Assembly (NCBI GenBank): GCA_035531955.1
Contig: DATKRZ010000103.1
Location: 11,972-75,971, forward strand
Reading direction: 5' to 3'
DNA from: Acidimicrobiales bacterium
GTDB taxonomy: Bacteria > Actinomycetota > Acidimicrobiia > Acidimicrobiales > RAAP-2
DNA length: 64,000 bases
A program made the translations under genes and the position numbers. This document shows positions 43,596 to 52,793 of the stretch, one piece after another. Position 1 is the stretch's first letter. The number at the start of each line of letters is the position of its first letter. The notes below the pieces were generated by a model. It saw only the letters and a list, made by a program, of their open reading frames with translations. It was not told where the DNA came from and searched no databases.

Positions 43596-44777
43596 ATGGA
43601 CCTGGGGATGACACCGGCACAGACCGAGCTGCGAAACCAGCTCCACGGCTGGCTGGTGGCGAACCTGCCGTGGGAGTACGGCGTCGGCCTCCCGCCGCGG
43701 TCCCCCGACCTCGAGGAGGAGGTGGCCTTCGGACGCCGATGGCAGGCGCTGCTGGCCGCCGACCGGTGGGTGGGGATCACCTGGCCGGTCGAGCTCGGCG
43801 GTCGTGGCCTCGGGCCGACCGACCACTTCGTGGTCACCGAGGAGCTGGCGCGGGCCCGGGCCCCCGAATTGGTCGGGCGGATCGGCATCAACCTGGTCGG
43901 ACCCACCTTGTTGGCCAACGGTACCGAGGAACAGCGCCGGCGCTGGCTCCCGCCCATCCTCGGAGCCGAGGAGTTGTGGTGCCAGTTGTTCTCCGAGCCC
44001 GACGCCGGCAGCGACCTGGCGTCGCTTTCCACCCGCGCCGAGCGGGTGGACGGCGGCTACGTGGTGACCGGTCGCAAGGTCTGGACGTCGTACGCCCAGT
44101 TCGCCGACTGGGGTCTGTGCCTGGCCCGCAGCGACCCCGATGCCCCCAAGCGGCAACTGGGCATGACCTGCCTGGTCGTCGACATGCATGCGGCAGGTGT
44201 CGAGGTCCGGCCCCTGGTGCAGATCACCGGCGAGGCCGAGTTCAACCAGGTGTTCCTCGATGAGGTCTTCGTCCCCGACGACCACGTCGTCGGGGACCCC
44301 GGGGCCGGCTGGACCGTCGCCAACTCGACCCTGTCCCACGAGCGGGGCGTCAACCCGCGCCAGCTCGGCATCCACTGCCAACTCCTGTTGGGCCTCCTCG
44401 AATTGGCCCGGGACCGCACGCCCGGCTTCGGCGACTGGGGCACGCGCCAGCGCCTGGCCGAGGCCTATATCGAGGTGAAGCTGTTCCAACTGCACAACTG
44501 GCGGACCCTGACCCGGCTCGAACGGGGCGAGCCTCCGGGACCGGAGGGGAGCACGCTCAAGCTCTACTGGAGCGAGATGTCCAAGCGGGTGCACGACACG
44601 GTCCTCGCCGTGCTCGGGCCCAGTGCCGGGCTGTGGCTGGGCGCCACCGGCAATCCGGGCGACGGCACGTGGCAGCGGTCGTGGCTCTACTACCAGGCGG
44701 CGTCGATCTTCTCGGGGACCAACGAGATACAGAGGACCCTGGTGGGCGAACGGGTGCTCGGCCTGCCCAGGGGCTGA
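43596..44777 (+). CDS. acyl-CoA dehydrogenase (alpha-like)
   Basis: MDLGMTPAQTELRNQL. C-terminus IFSGTNEIQRTLVGERVLGLPRG. Confidence 0.88.
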   Translation: MDLGMTPAQTELRNQLHGWLVANLPWEYGVGLPPRSPDLEEEVAFGRRWQALLAADRWVGITWPVELGGRGLGPTDHFVVTEELARARAPELVGRIGINLVGPTLLANGTEEQRRRWLPPILGAEELWCQLFSEPDAGSDLASLSTRAERVDGGYVVTGRKVWTSYAQFADWGLCLARSDPDAPKRQLGMTCLVVDMHAAGVEVRPLVQITGEAEFNQVFLDEVFVPDDHVVGDPGAGWTVANSTLSHERGVNPRQLGIHCQLLLGLLELARDRTPGFGDWGTRQRLAEAYIEVKLFQLHNWRTLTRLERGEPPGPEGSTLKLYWSEMSKRVHDTVLAVLGPSAGLWLGATGNPGDGTWQRSWLYYQAASIFSGTNEIQRTLVGERVLGLPRG

Positions 44778-44828
44778 CGCCCGGTCCGGCGCAAGGCGGT
44801 CAGCCGTCGGCGGCCCGGCATCGAGGGG

Positions 44829-47048
44829 TCAGGCCCCCGGCTCCGGGTCGCGGGGAAGGCCGAGTAGCCGCTCGGCGATGACGTTGCGCTGGATCTCGCT
44901 GGTCCCGCCGGCGATGGTGAGGCACCGGGTCACCAGAAATCCGTGCGCCCACCGTTTGGCATGGCCGTCGAGGGCCGAGCCCTCGGGGCCGAACATGAGA
45001 AGTCCCATCTCCTGCACCCGTTGCTCGTGCTCGGCCCCGAGCAGCTTCCGCACGCTCGTCCCGGGCCCGGGGTCGGTGCCCGCCAGCGTCTGCAGCATCG
45101 AGCGGTGGGCCATCAGGCCGAGCGACTGTGCCTCGACCACCAGCTCAGCGAGCCTCAGCCTGGTGGCGGCCGCCACCGGCGCCTCCTGCCGTTGTGCGAG
45201 GCGGAGCAGGGATTCGATCCCGATGCCGAAGGTCGACCCCGACGACATCGACACCCGCTCGTTGGCCAGAGTGGCGCGGGCGATCTTCCAGCCGTCCCCC
45301 ACCGATCCGATGACGCAGTCGTCGGGGACGAAGAGGTCGTCGATGAACACCTCGTTGAACATCGCCTCGCCGGTGATCTCGCGCAGCGGCCGGACATCCA
45401 GGCCCGCCGAGCGCATGTCGACGATGAAATAGCTGATGCCCTGGTGCTTGGGCACCGAGGGATCCGTCCGCGCCAGGCAGATGCCCCAGTCCGACTCGAG
45501 GGCCATCGACGTCCACACCTTCTGGCCGTTGAGCAACCAGCCGCCGTCGGCCCGCTCCGCCCTGGTGATGAGGCTGGCCAGGTCGGATCCGGCCCCGGGC
45601 TCGGAGAACAGCTGGCACCACTTCAGCTCGCCGAGCAGTGTCGGGCCCACCCACCGGCGACGTTGCTCCTCCGTTCCGTGGGCGATGATCACCGGAAGTG
45701 CCCACGCCCCCACCCCGAGGTGGGGGCGGATGATGCCCGCCGCGGCCAACTCCTCGTCGATGACCAGCTGCTCGACGGCGGTGGCATCCCTTCCCCAGGG
45801 GACGGGCCAGTGGGGCACCACCAGTCCGGCGTCCACCAGGCCCCGCCGCCGGTCCGCCCCGTCGAGGGCCGCCACCTCGTCGAACACCGGGGCCAGCCGG
45901 GCGCGGACCCGGGCGGCTTCCTCGGGGAGCTCGGTGGACATGGCCCGCCGGGCACCACCGAGGGCCAGGTCCACCACCTCGTCCAGGTACCGGTCGGACC
46001 CACCGAGCAGCTGGCGGGTGGCCAGCGCCCGCCGCAGACGGAGATGGGTGTCGTGCTCCCAGGTGAAGCCCAGTCCCCCCAACAGCTGCACGCAGTCCTT
46101 GGCGCGGTCGACGCACCCGTCGAACACCATGGCCCCGGCGGCGGCCACCGCCAGGGCCGACGCCTCGGAGCGGCCCGAAGCCGCGGCCAGCACGGCGTCC
46201 CATGCCAGCGCGGTCATCTGCTCCACCCCGACCAGCATGTCGGCCAGCCGGTGCTTCACCGCCTGGAACTGCCCGATCGGGCGGCCGAACTGCTCGCGCA
46301 CCTTGGCGTAGTCGGAGGCCGTCTCGAGGCACCAACGGGCTCCGCCGACGAGCTCGGCCGCGCCCAGGGAGACCACCATCTCCCGCACCCGTTCCGTGGT
46401 GAGCGAGGGGAGTTGCCGCCAGGCCGGGACGCTCACTGCGCCGACGGTGAGCGTGCCCACCCGGCGGGTCGGATCCAGGCTGTCCAGCGGGCCGGCCTGC
46501 ACCGCTCCCCCGCCCGGGCCGACCTCGAGGAGGCACCACACCGTCGGGCCGTCTCCGTCTCGGGCCGGAACCAGGACCAGTGATGCGGTTGACGCGCCGA
46601 GCACGGGCCGGAGGGTGCCGGAGACGATGACGGAACCCGCGTCCCCCCTCCTGACGACATCGAGGTGCCCCGACCCGAGAGAGACCGCACCGGTGGTGCT
46701 CCCGTCGACGAGCCCGGGGAGCAGGTCGCCGGCCTGGCCACCCGTCCCCGCCTCGGCGATCAGCGCCGACAGGGCGACCGTCGGGAGGAGCGGACCGGGG
46801 AGCAGGGATCGACCGGCCTGTTCGAGCACGACGGCCAGCTCGAAGAGCCCGTGGCCCTGGCCGCCCCACCGCTCCGGGATGTGGATGCCGAGCCAGCCCT
46901 GCGCGGCGAACTCCTTCCAGACCGGTTGGAGGTCCTCGACGGCCGCATCGAGGAGGGCACGGGGAACGGCGGGCGGGCAGTGGACCTCGAGCCAACGGCG
47001 CGCCGTGGCCCCGAGTGCCTCGTGCTCTTCGGAGATGGCTAGGGACAT
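44829..47048 (-). CDS. two-domain acyl-CoA dehydrogenase (beta-like N-half fused to alpha-like C-half)
   Basis: 739 aa. N-half ends LLGGLGFTWEHDTHLRLRRALATRQLLGGSDRY (no Glu motif). C-half has WCQLFSEPGAGSDLASL and IAGGTSEIQRNVIAERLLGLPRD. ATG at 47048 (MSLAISEEHEAL). Confidence 0.88.
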   Translation of the reverse strand: MSLAISEEHEALGATARRWLEVHCPPAVPRALLDAAVEDLQPVWKEFAAQGWLGIHIPERWGGQGHGLFELAVVLEQAGRSLLPGPLLPTVALSALIAEAGTGGQAGDLLPGLVDGSTTGAVSLGSGHLDVVRRGDAGSVIVSGTLRPVLGASTASLVLVPARDGDGPTVWCLLEVGPGGGAVQAGPLDSLDPTRRVGTLTVGAVSVPAWRQLPSLTTERVREMVVSLGAAELVGGARWCLETASDYAKVREQFGRPIGQFQAVKHRLADMLVGVEQMTALAWDAVLAAASGRSEASALAVAAAGAMVFDGCVDRAKDCVQLLGGLGFTWEHDTHLRLRRALATRQLLGGSDRYLDEVVDLALGGARRAMSTELPEEAARVRARLAPVFDEVAALDGADRRRGLVDAGLVVPHWPVPWGRDATAVEQLVIDEELAAAGIIRPHLGVGAWALPVIIAHGTEEQRRRWVGPTLLGELKWCQLFSEPGAGSDLASLITRAERADGGWLLNGQKVWTSMALESDWGICLARTDPSVPKHQGISYFIVDMRSAGLDVRPLREITGEAMFNEVFIDDLFVPDDCVIGSVGDGWKIARATLANERVSMSSGSTFGIGIESLLRLAQRQEAPVAAATRLRLAELVVEAQSLGLMAHRSMLQTLAGTDPGPGTSVRKLLGAEHEQRVQEMGLLMFGPEGSALDGHAKRWAHGFLVTRCLTIAGGTSEIQRNVIAERLLGLPRDPEPGA

Positions 47049-47127
47049 GGTCGGACCTTTCGGGCCTGGCGGAGTTGGCACCCCCGCCCCATCAGCATGC
47101 CATTTTGCGTCCCCGAGCCGATCAGGG

Positions 47128-48648
47128 TCAGCCCGGGGGACGGTGCTTGGCGCGGAGCAGCCGCTTCAGTACCTTGCCGTTCTGGTCACGTGGGATCTCC
47201 GGGACCAACTCCCATGCGCGGGGGACCTTGTAGCTCGCCAGCCTCGCCCCGACGTGGGACTCCAGCTCGTCGGTTCCCACCGTCCCGCGGACCTGCACCA
47301 TGGCGCACAGGCGTTCACCGTCACGCTCGTCGGGAATGCCGTAGACGGCACAGTCGACCACCTCGGGATGCTCGTAGAGGACCTCTTCGATCTCTCGGGG
47401 TGCGATGTTGACCCCGCCCCACAGCACCATGTCCGAGATGCGGTCGGTGATGGTGAGGTAGCCGTCCTCGTCGAGGTGGCCGATGTCGCCGACCGTGAAG
47501 GCATCGCCGCGCCACGCCCGGGAGGTGGCGGCATCGTCGTTGCGGTAGGAGAAGCGACGGTCACCGGGCGGTCGGATGTAGACCAGGCCGGGCTCGCCGG
47601 TCGGCACGGCGGAGCCGTCCTCGCCGAGGATGCGGATCTCCACGCCGGGCCACGGCCGGCCGACACTCCCGGGATGCGCCCGCCACTCCTCCGGCGAGAT
47701 CTTGGTGGCCCCGCCCTCGCTGGCGCCGTACAGCTCGTGGATCTCGGTACCGGGGAAGGCGTCCATCATCCGGGTCTTGACGACGATCGGACACGGTGCG
47801 GCGGCATGCACGATCAATTTGAGGCTGGAGAGGTCAATGGCGGCCAGCTCCTCGGCGGGGATCTCCAGGATCCTGATGAAGTGGGAGGGAACCATGAACG
47901 ACCGGGTGCCGCGGGTCCGGCTGACCTCGGCCAGCCACAACCTGGCCTCGAAGCGGTCGGTGATCACCGTGGTGGCCCCGATGTAGAGGGCGCAGAGGGC
48001 CCAGCCGGCGTGGGAGGCGTGGTAGGAGGGACCGCTCATCACATAGACGTCGTCGGGGGTCCATCCCCACAGGGCCACCTGGCCCTCGGTCCCCTGGCGG
48101 CGGCCGGCGGCGTCGGCCATGGCCCCGTGCACCACCCCCTTGGGCCGCGCCGTGGTGCCCGAGGTGTAGAACATCAGCCCCGGCCCCGAGCCGCTGTCCG
48201 CGCCGGGGAGGGGCGGGGCCGCGGCGATGGCCGCCTCGTATCCCCGGCCCACCAACAGCAACGGGATGACAGGCTCCGTGCCGTCGATCGCCCCGGCCAG
48301 CTCCTCCTCGAAGTCGGTGTGGCCGACGATCACCGCGGCGTCCGCATCGGAGAAGATGTAGGCCAGCTCGCCCGAGCGGAGATGGTGGTTGACCGGCAGG
48401 TACGGGGCCTCGGCCATGGCTGCGGCGATGGCCACCTCGAATTGCTCCGCCCCGTTGGGCAGGACCGTCGCCACCGGGCGCCCCGGCCCGGCTCCGTACT
48501 CCACCAGCACCGAGGCCAGGCGGGCGGCCCGGTCCTGGAGCCGGCCGTAGCTGAGGACCGACTGCCCCACCACGATGGCCGGTCGGTCGGGGCCGCTCCT
48601 GGCGTGGGTGGTGACCCCTCGGTCCTGGGCAATGGTCGGCGCTCCCAC
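47128..48648 (-). CDS. AMP-dependent acyl-CoA synthetase/ligase
   Basis: LMFYTSGTTARPKGVVHG. Start is provisional at GTG 48648, downstream of GGAGGAGG. Confidence 0.83.
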   Translation of the reverse strand: MGAPTIAQDRGVTTHARSGPDRPAIVVGQSVLSYGRLQDRAARLASVLVEYGAGPGRPVATVLPNGAEQFEVAIAAAMAEAPYLPVNHHLRSGELAYIFSDADAAVIVGHTDFEEELAGAIDGTEPVIPLLLVGRGYEAAIAAAPPLPGADSGSGPGLMFYTSGTTARPKGVVHGAMADAAGRRQGTEGQVALWGWTPDDVYVMSGPSYHASHAGWALCALYIGATTVITDRFEARLWLAEVSRTRGTRSFMVPSHFIRILEIPAEELAAIDLSSLKLIVHAAAPCPIVVKTRMMDAFPGTEIHELYGASEGGATKISPEEWRAHPGSVGRPWPGVEIRILGEDGSAVPTGEPGLVYIRPPGDRRFSYRNDDAATSRAWRGDAFTVGDIGHLDEDGYLTITDRISDMVLWGGVNIAPREIEEVLYEHPEVVDCAVYGIPDERDGERLCAMVQVRGTVGTDELESHVGARLASYKVPRAWELVPEIPRDQNGKVLKRLLRAKHRPPG

Positions 48649-48712
48649 GACCGGCGACGCTACCTCCTCCGCCGTGGCCCGCTCTCCTTCTCGTGACCCG
48701 GCCACGGGGGCG

Positions 48713-50659
48713 ATGCCCGTCGGTCCGGGTACGGTGGCAGCCGTGACCGAGCTCGCCGGATCCGTCCGCACCCCGGCCCACCCCCTGGAGCCGGTCACCG
48801 GGGAGGAGATCCGCGCCGCGGTCGCCGCGGTACGGGCCACCGGGCGACTGGACAAGCGGGCGCGCTTCGCCGCCATCACCCTCGAACCTCCGACCAAGGA
48901 GGTGCTGGCCGCCCACCGTCCCGGCGATCCGTTCCGACGCCTGGTCCGCCTGGTCGTCGTGCCCGGCCTCGACAGCTCGGTGATCGAGGCCCTGGTCGAC
49001 GGTGCCTCCGGGGAGATCGTGTCGTGGGAGCCGCGGCCCGACGTCCGCCCGGCCCTCCTCTTCGACGATTCCCTCCGCTCCATCCAGGCCCTGGAGAAGC
49101 ATCCCGACTGGCAGGCGGCGATGCGGCGGCGGGGCATCTTCGACTTCGACAAGGTGCAGATCGACCCGTGGCCGACCGGCAACTTCGGGAGGGAGATGGA
49201 GGAGGGCCGGCGGGTCACCCGATGCCTCGCCTACTACCGCGAGAACCCGACCGACAACGGCTACGCCCGGCCCATCGAGGGCGTGGTCGCCACCGTCGAC
49301 GGGGCCCGCGGCGAAGTGCTCGAGGTACTCGACTTCGGGGTCGTACCCCTTCCGCCCGAAGCCGGCAGCTACTACCCCGAGGACCACCAGCCCCAGCGCA
49401 CCGACCTGCTGCCCCTCGAGATCATCCAGCCCGAGGGGCCCAGCTTCACCGTCGAATCCAACCTGATCCGCTGGCAGCGCTGGTCCCTGCGGGTGTCGAT
49501 GGACCCCAACGACGGGTTGGTCCTGCACACCGTCGGCTATCTCGACGGTGACCGGGTACGACCCGTCCTGCACCGTGCCTCGATCACCGAGATGGTGGTC
49601 CCCTACGGCGACCCCGGTCCCCTGCACGGATGGAAGAACGCCTTCGATGCCGGCGAGTGGGGCCTCGGCCGCATGGTCAACTCGCTCACCCTGGGCTGCG
49701 ACTGCCTCGGGGTCATCTCGTATCTTGACGCCACCTTCGCCACCGAGCGGGGCGAGCCGTACGTGGTGGAGAACGCGGTGTGCATCCACGAGGAGGACTA
49801 CGGGATCCTCTGGAAGCACCAGGACCAACGCGCTGGCCGGACCGAGGTGCGGCGGTCGCGGCGGCTCGTGGTCTCCTCCATCTCCACGGTTGGCAATTAC
49901 GAGTACGGCTTCTACTGGTACTTCTACCTCGACGGCACCATCCAGTTCGAGGTGAAGCTGACCGGGATCCTCTCGACCCGGGCCATGGCGCCCGGTGAGC
50001 GCTCGCCCTTCGCCCCCCTCGTCGCACCCGACCTCGCTGCTCCCGTCCACCAGCACCTGTTCTGCGCCCGACTCGACCTGGAGGTCGACGGCCGGGTGAA
50101 CGAGGCCTTCGAGGTGTCCACCGAGCCCCTGCCCGGCGGGGACGACAATCCGTGGTCCAACGGGTTCGTCCCCGTGGCCAGGAGGCTCGAGTCGGAACGG
50201 GAGGCGCAACGGGACGTCGACCCCGCCTCCGGCCGATTCTGGAAGTTCGCCAATCCCGCTGTCCGCAACCGCCTGGGCGAGCCGGTGGCCTACAAGCTGG
50301 TCCCGTCGTCCACACCCACCATGCTGGCCCACCCCGACTCGAGTGTGGGGCGAAGGGCGGGCTTTGCCCGCCACAACCTGTGGGTCACGCCGTTCGCACC
50401 CGACGAGCGGCGGGGTGCCGGGGACTACCCCAACCAGCACCCGGGCGGTGACGGGCTACCCCGGTGGGCGGCGCAAGACCGGCCGCTCACCGGCACCGAC
50501 ATCGTCGCCTGGCACACCTTCGGTATCACCCACGTCCCCCGGCCCGAGGACTGGCCGGTGATGCCCGTGGAGTACTGCGGGTTCCATCTCGTCCCGGTGG
50601 GCTTCTTCGAGGCCAACCCGTCCCTGGACGTCCCCCCGCCCGACGGGGCGTGCCACTGA
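48713..50659 (+). CDS. copper-containing primary amine oxidase (topaquinone type)
   Basis: TPQ consensus STVGNYEYGFYWYFY (TxxNY[DE]Y), His-x-His APVHQHLF, and third His region WHTFGITHVPRPEDWPVMP. Start at ATG 48713 (GTG 48743 possible). Confidence 0.9.
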   Translation: MPVGPGTVAAVTELAGSVRTPAHPLEPVTGEEIRAAVAAVRATGRLDKRARFAAITLEPPTKEVLAAHRPGDPFRRLVRLVVVPGLDSSVIEALVDGASGEIVSWEPRPDVRPALLFDDSLRSIQALEKHPDWQAAMRRRGIFDFDKVQIDPWPTGNFGREMEEGRRVTRCLAYYRENPTDNGYARPIEGVVATVDGARGEVLEVLDFGVVPLPPEAGSYYPEDHQPQRTDLLPLEIIQPEGPSFTVESNLIRWQRWSLRVSMDPNDGLVLHTVGYLDGDRVRPVLHRASITEMVVPYGDPGPLHGWKNAFDAGEWGLGRMVNSLTLGCDCLGVISYLDATFATERGEPYVVENAVCIHEEDYGILWKHQDQRAGRTEVRRSRRLVVSSISTVGNYEYGFYWYFYLDGTIQFEVKLTGILSTRAMAPGERSPFAPLVAPDLAAPVHQHLFCARLDLEVDGRVNEAFEVSTEPLPGGDDNPWSNGFVPVARRLESEREAQRDVDPASGRFWKFANPAVRNRLGEPVAYKLVPSSTPTMLAHPDSSVGRRAGFARHNLWVTPFAPDERRGAGDYPNQHPGGDGLPRWAAQDRPLTGTDIVAWHTFGITHVPRPEDWPVMPVEYCGFHLVPVGFFEANPSLDVPPPDGACH

Positions 50660-50679
50660 GCGGGCGCCAGGGCGCCCGG

Positions 50680-51774
50680 CTACGCGGTGTCGACGAGCAT
50701 GGCGGCCAGCCGTTTGCGATGGGTGGCGTGGCCACCGAGCAGCACGTCGTTCTGCTTGGCCCGCTTGAACAGGAAGTGGGCGTCATTCGCCCATGTGAAG
50801 CCCACACCCCCGTGGAGCTGGATGTCCTCGCCGGTGACCTTGACCGCCGCCTCGGTGGTGTAGCCGGCGGCCATGGCCGCGGCCCGCTGGCGGGCCGGGT
50901 CCTCGGCGTCGGACGCCCACGCCGCGAACTGCACCGCCACCCGGGCCATCTCCACCTGGTGGAACATGTCCACGATCTTGTGCTTGACCACCTGGAAGGA
51001 CGCCACTGGCCGGTCGAACACCACCCGTTCCTTGGTGTAGCCGATGGCCAGCTCCAGAGCCCGGTCCGCCACCCCGAGCGTCTCGGCGGCCAGTGCCACC
51101 GACGTGTCGTCGACGATCCGACGCCAGATGGGGGCCTGGTTGCCAGCCGGGCCGATGGGTACGCACGGGCGGTCGTGCAGGTCCAGACGCGCCACCTTGC
51201 GCAGGGGGTCGAGAGCAGGGACCGGCTCGCCGTCGGGCTTCTCGACCAGGAAGGCGCGCCGGCCCTGCTCGGTTCCGGCGACCACGATGGCCCAGTCGGC
51301 GGTGTGGCCGTCGAGGACCAGCGGCTTCAGGCCGTCGAGGACCCATCCCGCCCCTCTTCGCCGTGCCCGGGTCCGCACGGTGTCCAGCGGGTCGCCATGG
51401 CCGGACTCGTGCAGGGCTACGGTCCCGCGGGTGCGACCGGCCGCCAGGTCGGCGAGGAGCTCGTCGGCCTCGAGAGCCCGGGCGGCCAGCGTGGCCAACA
51501 CCCCCGACGAGAAGAAGGGTCCGGGTAACGGCACCCGACCCGTCTCATGGAGGACGATGCAGAGCTCGGCCAGGCCGGCTCCCGCACCGCCGGATCCGAC
51601 GGGAATGACCAGACCGGTCCAGCCCAGGTCGACCAGCTTCTGCCACAGGGCGGCGTCCACTCCGTCGGGATCGTCGGCCATCCGGCGCACCAGGGCACTG
51701 CCGACCTCGCGGTCCATGGCCTGCCGGGCCACATCCGCGAGCGCCTCCTGTTCGGCGTCGTACGTGAAGTCCAT
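50680..51774 (-). CDS. acyl-CoA dehydrogenase-fold protein (beta-like)
   Basis: MDFTYDAEQEALADVARQAM. C-terminus LHGGVGFTWANDAHFLFKRAKQNDVLLGG lacks the Glu motif. Confidence 0.88.
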   Translation of the reverse strand: MDFTYDAEQEALADVARQAMDREVGSALVRRMADDPDGVDAALWQKLVDLGWTGLVIPVGSGGAGAGLAELCIVLHETGRVPLPGPFFSSGVLATLAARALEADELLADLAAGRTRGTVALHESGHGDPLDTVRTRARRRGAGWVLDGLKPLVLDGHTADWAIVVAGTEQGRRAFLVEKPDGEPVPALDPLRKVARLDLHDRPCVPIGPAGNQAPIWRRIVDDTSVALAAETLGVADRALELAIGYTKERVVFDRPVASFQVVKHKIVDMFHQVEMARVAVQFAAWASDAEDPARQRAAAMAAGYTTEAAVKVTGEDIQLHGGVGFTWANDAHFLFKRAKQNDVLLGGHATHRKRLAAMLVDTA

Positions 51775-51934
51775 GCCTTCTCCCGCTTCGGCTTTCCCCT
51801 GGTCGGAGGCCGTCCCGCCTCACCTGACGGTGGACGACCCTGACAGGAGCGTCAGTGTAGACCCCCCGCCCGCCCGGCCGGGCGGAACGGGATCCGGTCG
51901 CACATGATGAAGGCCCAACCTCGACGGAACTGAG

Positions 51935-51970
51935 TTGTACGTATCGGTACAATCCGGTACAATCACCGCC
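51935..51970 (+). promoter_or_regulatory. leaderless-type promoter and operator of TA cassette 1
   Basis: TTGTAC (51935-51940), 17 nt, TACAAT (51958-51963), 7 nt, ATG. Inverted repeat TTGTAC-N6-GTACAA, plus a perfect 10-bp tandem CGGTACAATC x2 (51945-51964). Confidence 0.5.
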
Positions 51971-52264
51971 ATGGCCCGAACGGTGACCGCGAGCGAGGCC
52001 CGGGCGGGGCTCCCGGAGATCCTGGACACCGTGAGCCGAGGGGAAGAGGTGACGATCACCCGGCATGGCCGTGCCGTCGCGGTGGTCGTCCGGCCCGACG
52101 CCCTCCGGGTGAGGAGGGCTGATGCGGCCCTCGAGTCGGCGGCGACGGTACGAGAGCTGGTCGAGCGCAGCCGGAAGAACCCGCTCGACGTAAGTCCCGC
52201 CCTCTCCGAGGCGCGTGCCGAGGAGCTGGTGACGGACGTCCGTGCCGGTCGTTCGCGGCACTGA
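51971..52264 (+). CDS. Phd/YefM-type antitoxin
   Basis: MARTVTASEARAGLPEILDTVSRGEEVTITRHGRAVAVVVRPD. Trimmed to ATG at 51971. Confidence 0.85.
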   Translation: MARTVTASEARAGLPEILDTVSRGEEVTITRHGRAVAVVVRPDALRVRRADAALESAATVRELVERSRKNPLDVSPALSEARAEELVTDVRAGRSRH

Positions 52265-52279
52265 GGCCGGCGGCGGTCG

Positions 52280-52711
52280 ATGGACGCCTTCGACGCCGAC
52301 GTCTTGATCTATGCCGCGGCCCCCGGCCACCCGCTCGGACGGCGGGTGCGGGCGCTGTTCCCCGCCGGACCGGTTGAACGGTCAGGCCCGGTTGCCGGTG
52401 TCGGCTCCGTACTCCTGGTCCCGGAGCTGTTGGCCCAGCCCATGCACGATCGGTCCACAGACGAGCTGGTTGCCCTCGGTGCGATTCTCAGCCGGCTCGA
52501 GCTTCTCCCGACCGATCAGTCGACGGCTGAGCTGGCCGCGGCGCTGGGAGCGTCGTACGGAATGCGAGCCGCAGATGCAGTTCATCTCGCCACCGCCGTC
52601 ACCGCCGCAGCTGACCGCTTCATCACCAACAACCGGGCGGACTTCCCGCAGTCGATCTCCGAGATAGCCATCACCTACCCGGACGAGCTCCCGGATCCGT
52701 CCCGACATTGA
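52280..52711 (+). CDS. vapC: PIN-domain ribonuclease toxin (VapC type)
   Basis: MDAFDADVLIYAA...AADAVHLATAV...FITNNRADF. Starts 15 nt after the antitoxin stop. Confidence 0.85.
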   Translation: MDAFDADVLIYAAAPGHPLGRRVRALFPAGPVERSGPVAGVGSVLLVPELLAQPMHDRSTDELVALGAILSRLELLPTDQSTAELAAALGASYGMRAADAVHLATAVTAAADRFITNNRADFPQSISEIAITYPDELPDPSRH

Positions 52712-52793
52712 CCGGGCCCCCGACCGGTCAATGTCGGCACGGCATTCCCGGGTCGGCTCGGGGGTCACGCCTCGTACACTGCAGGTTGCTGTC

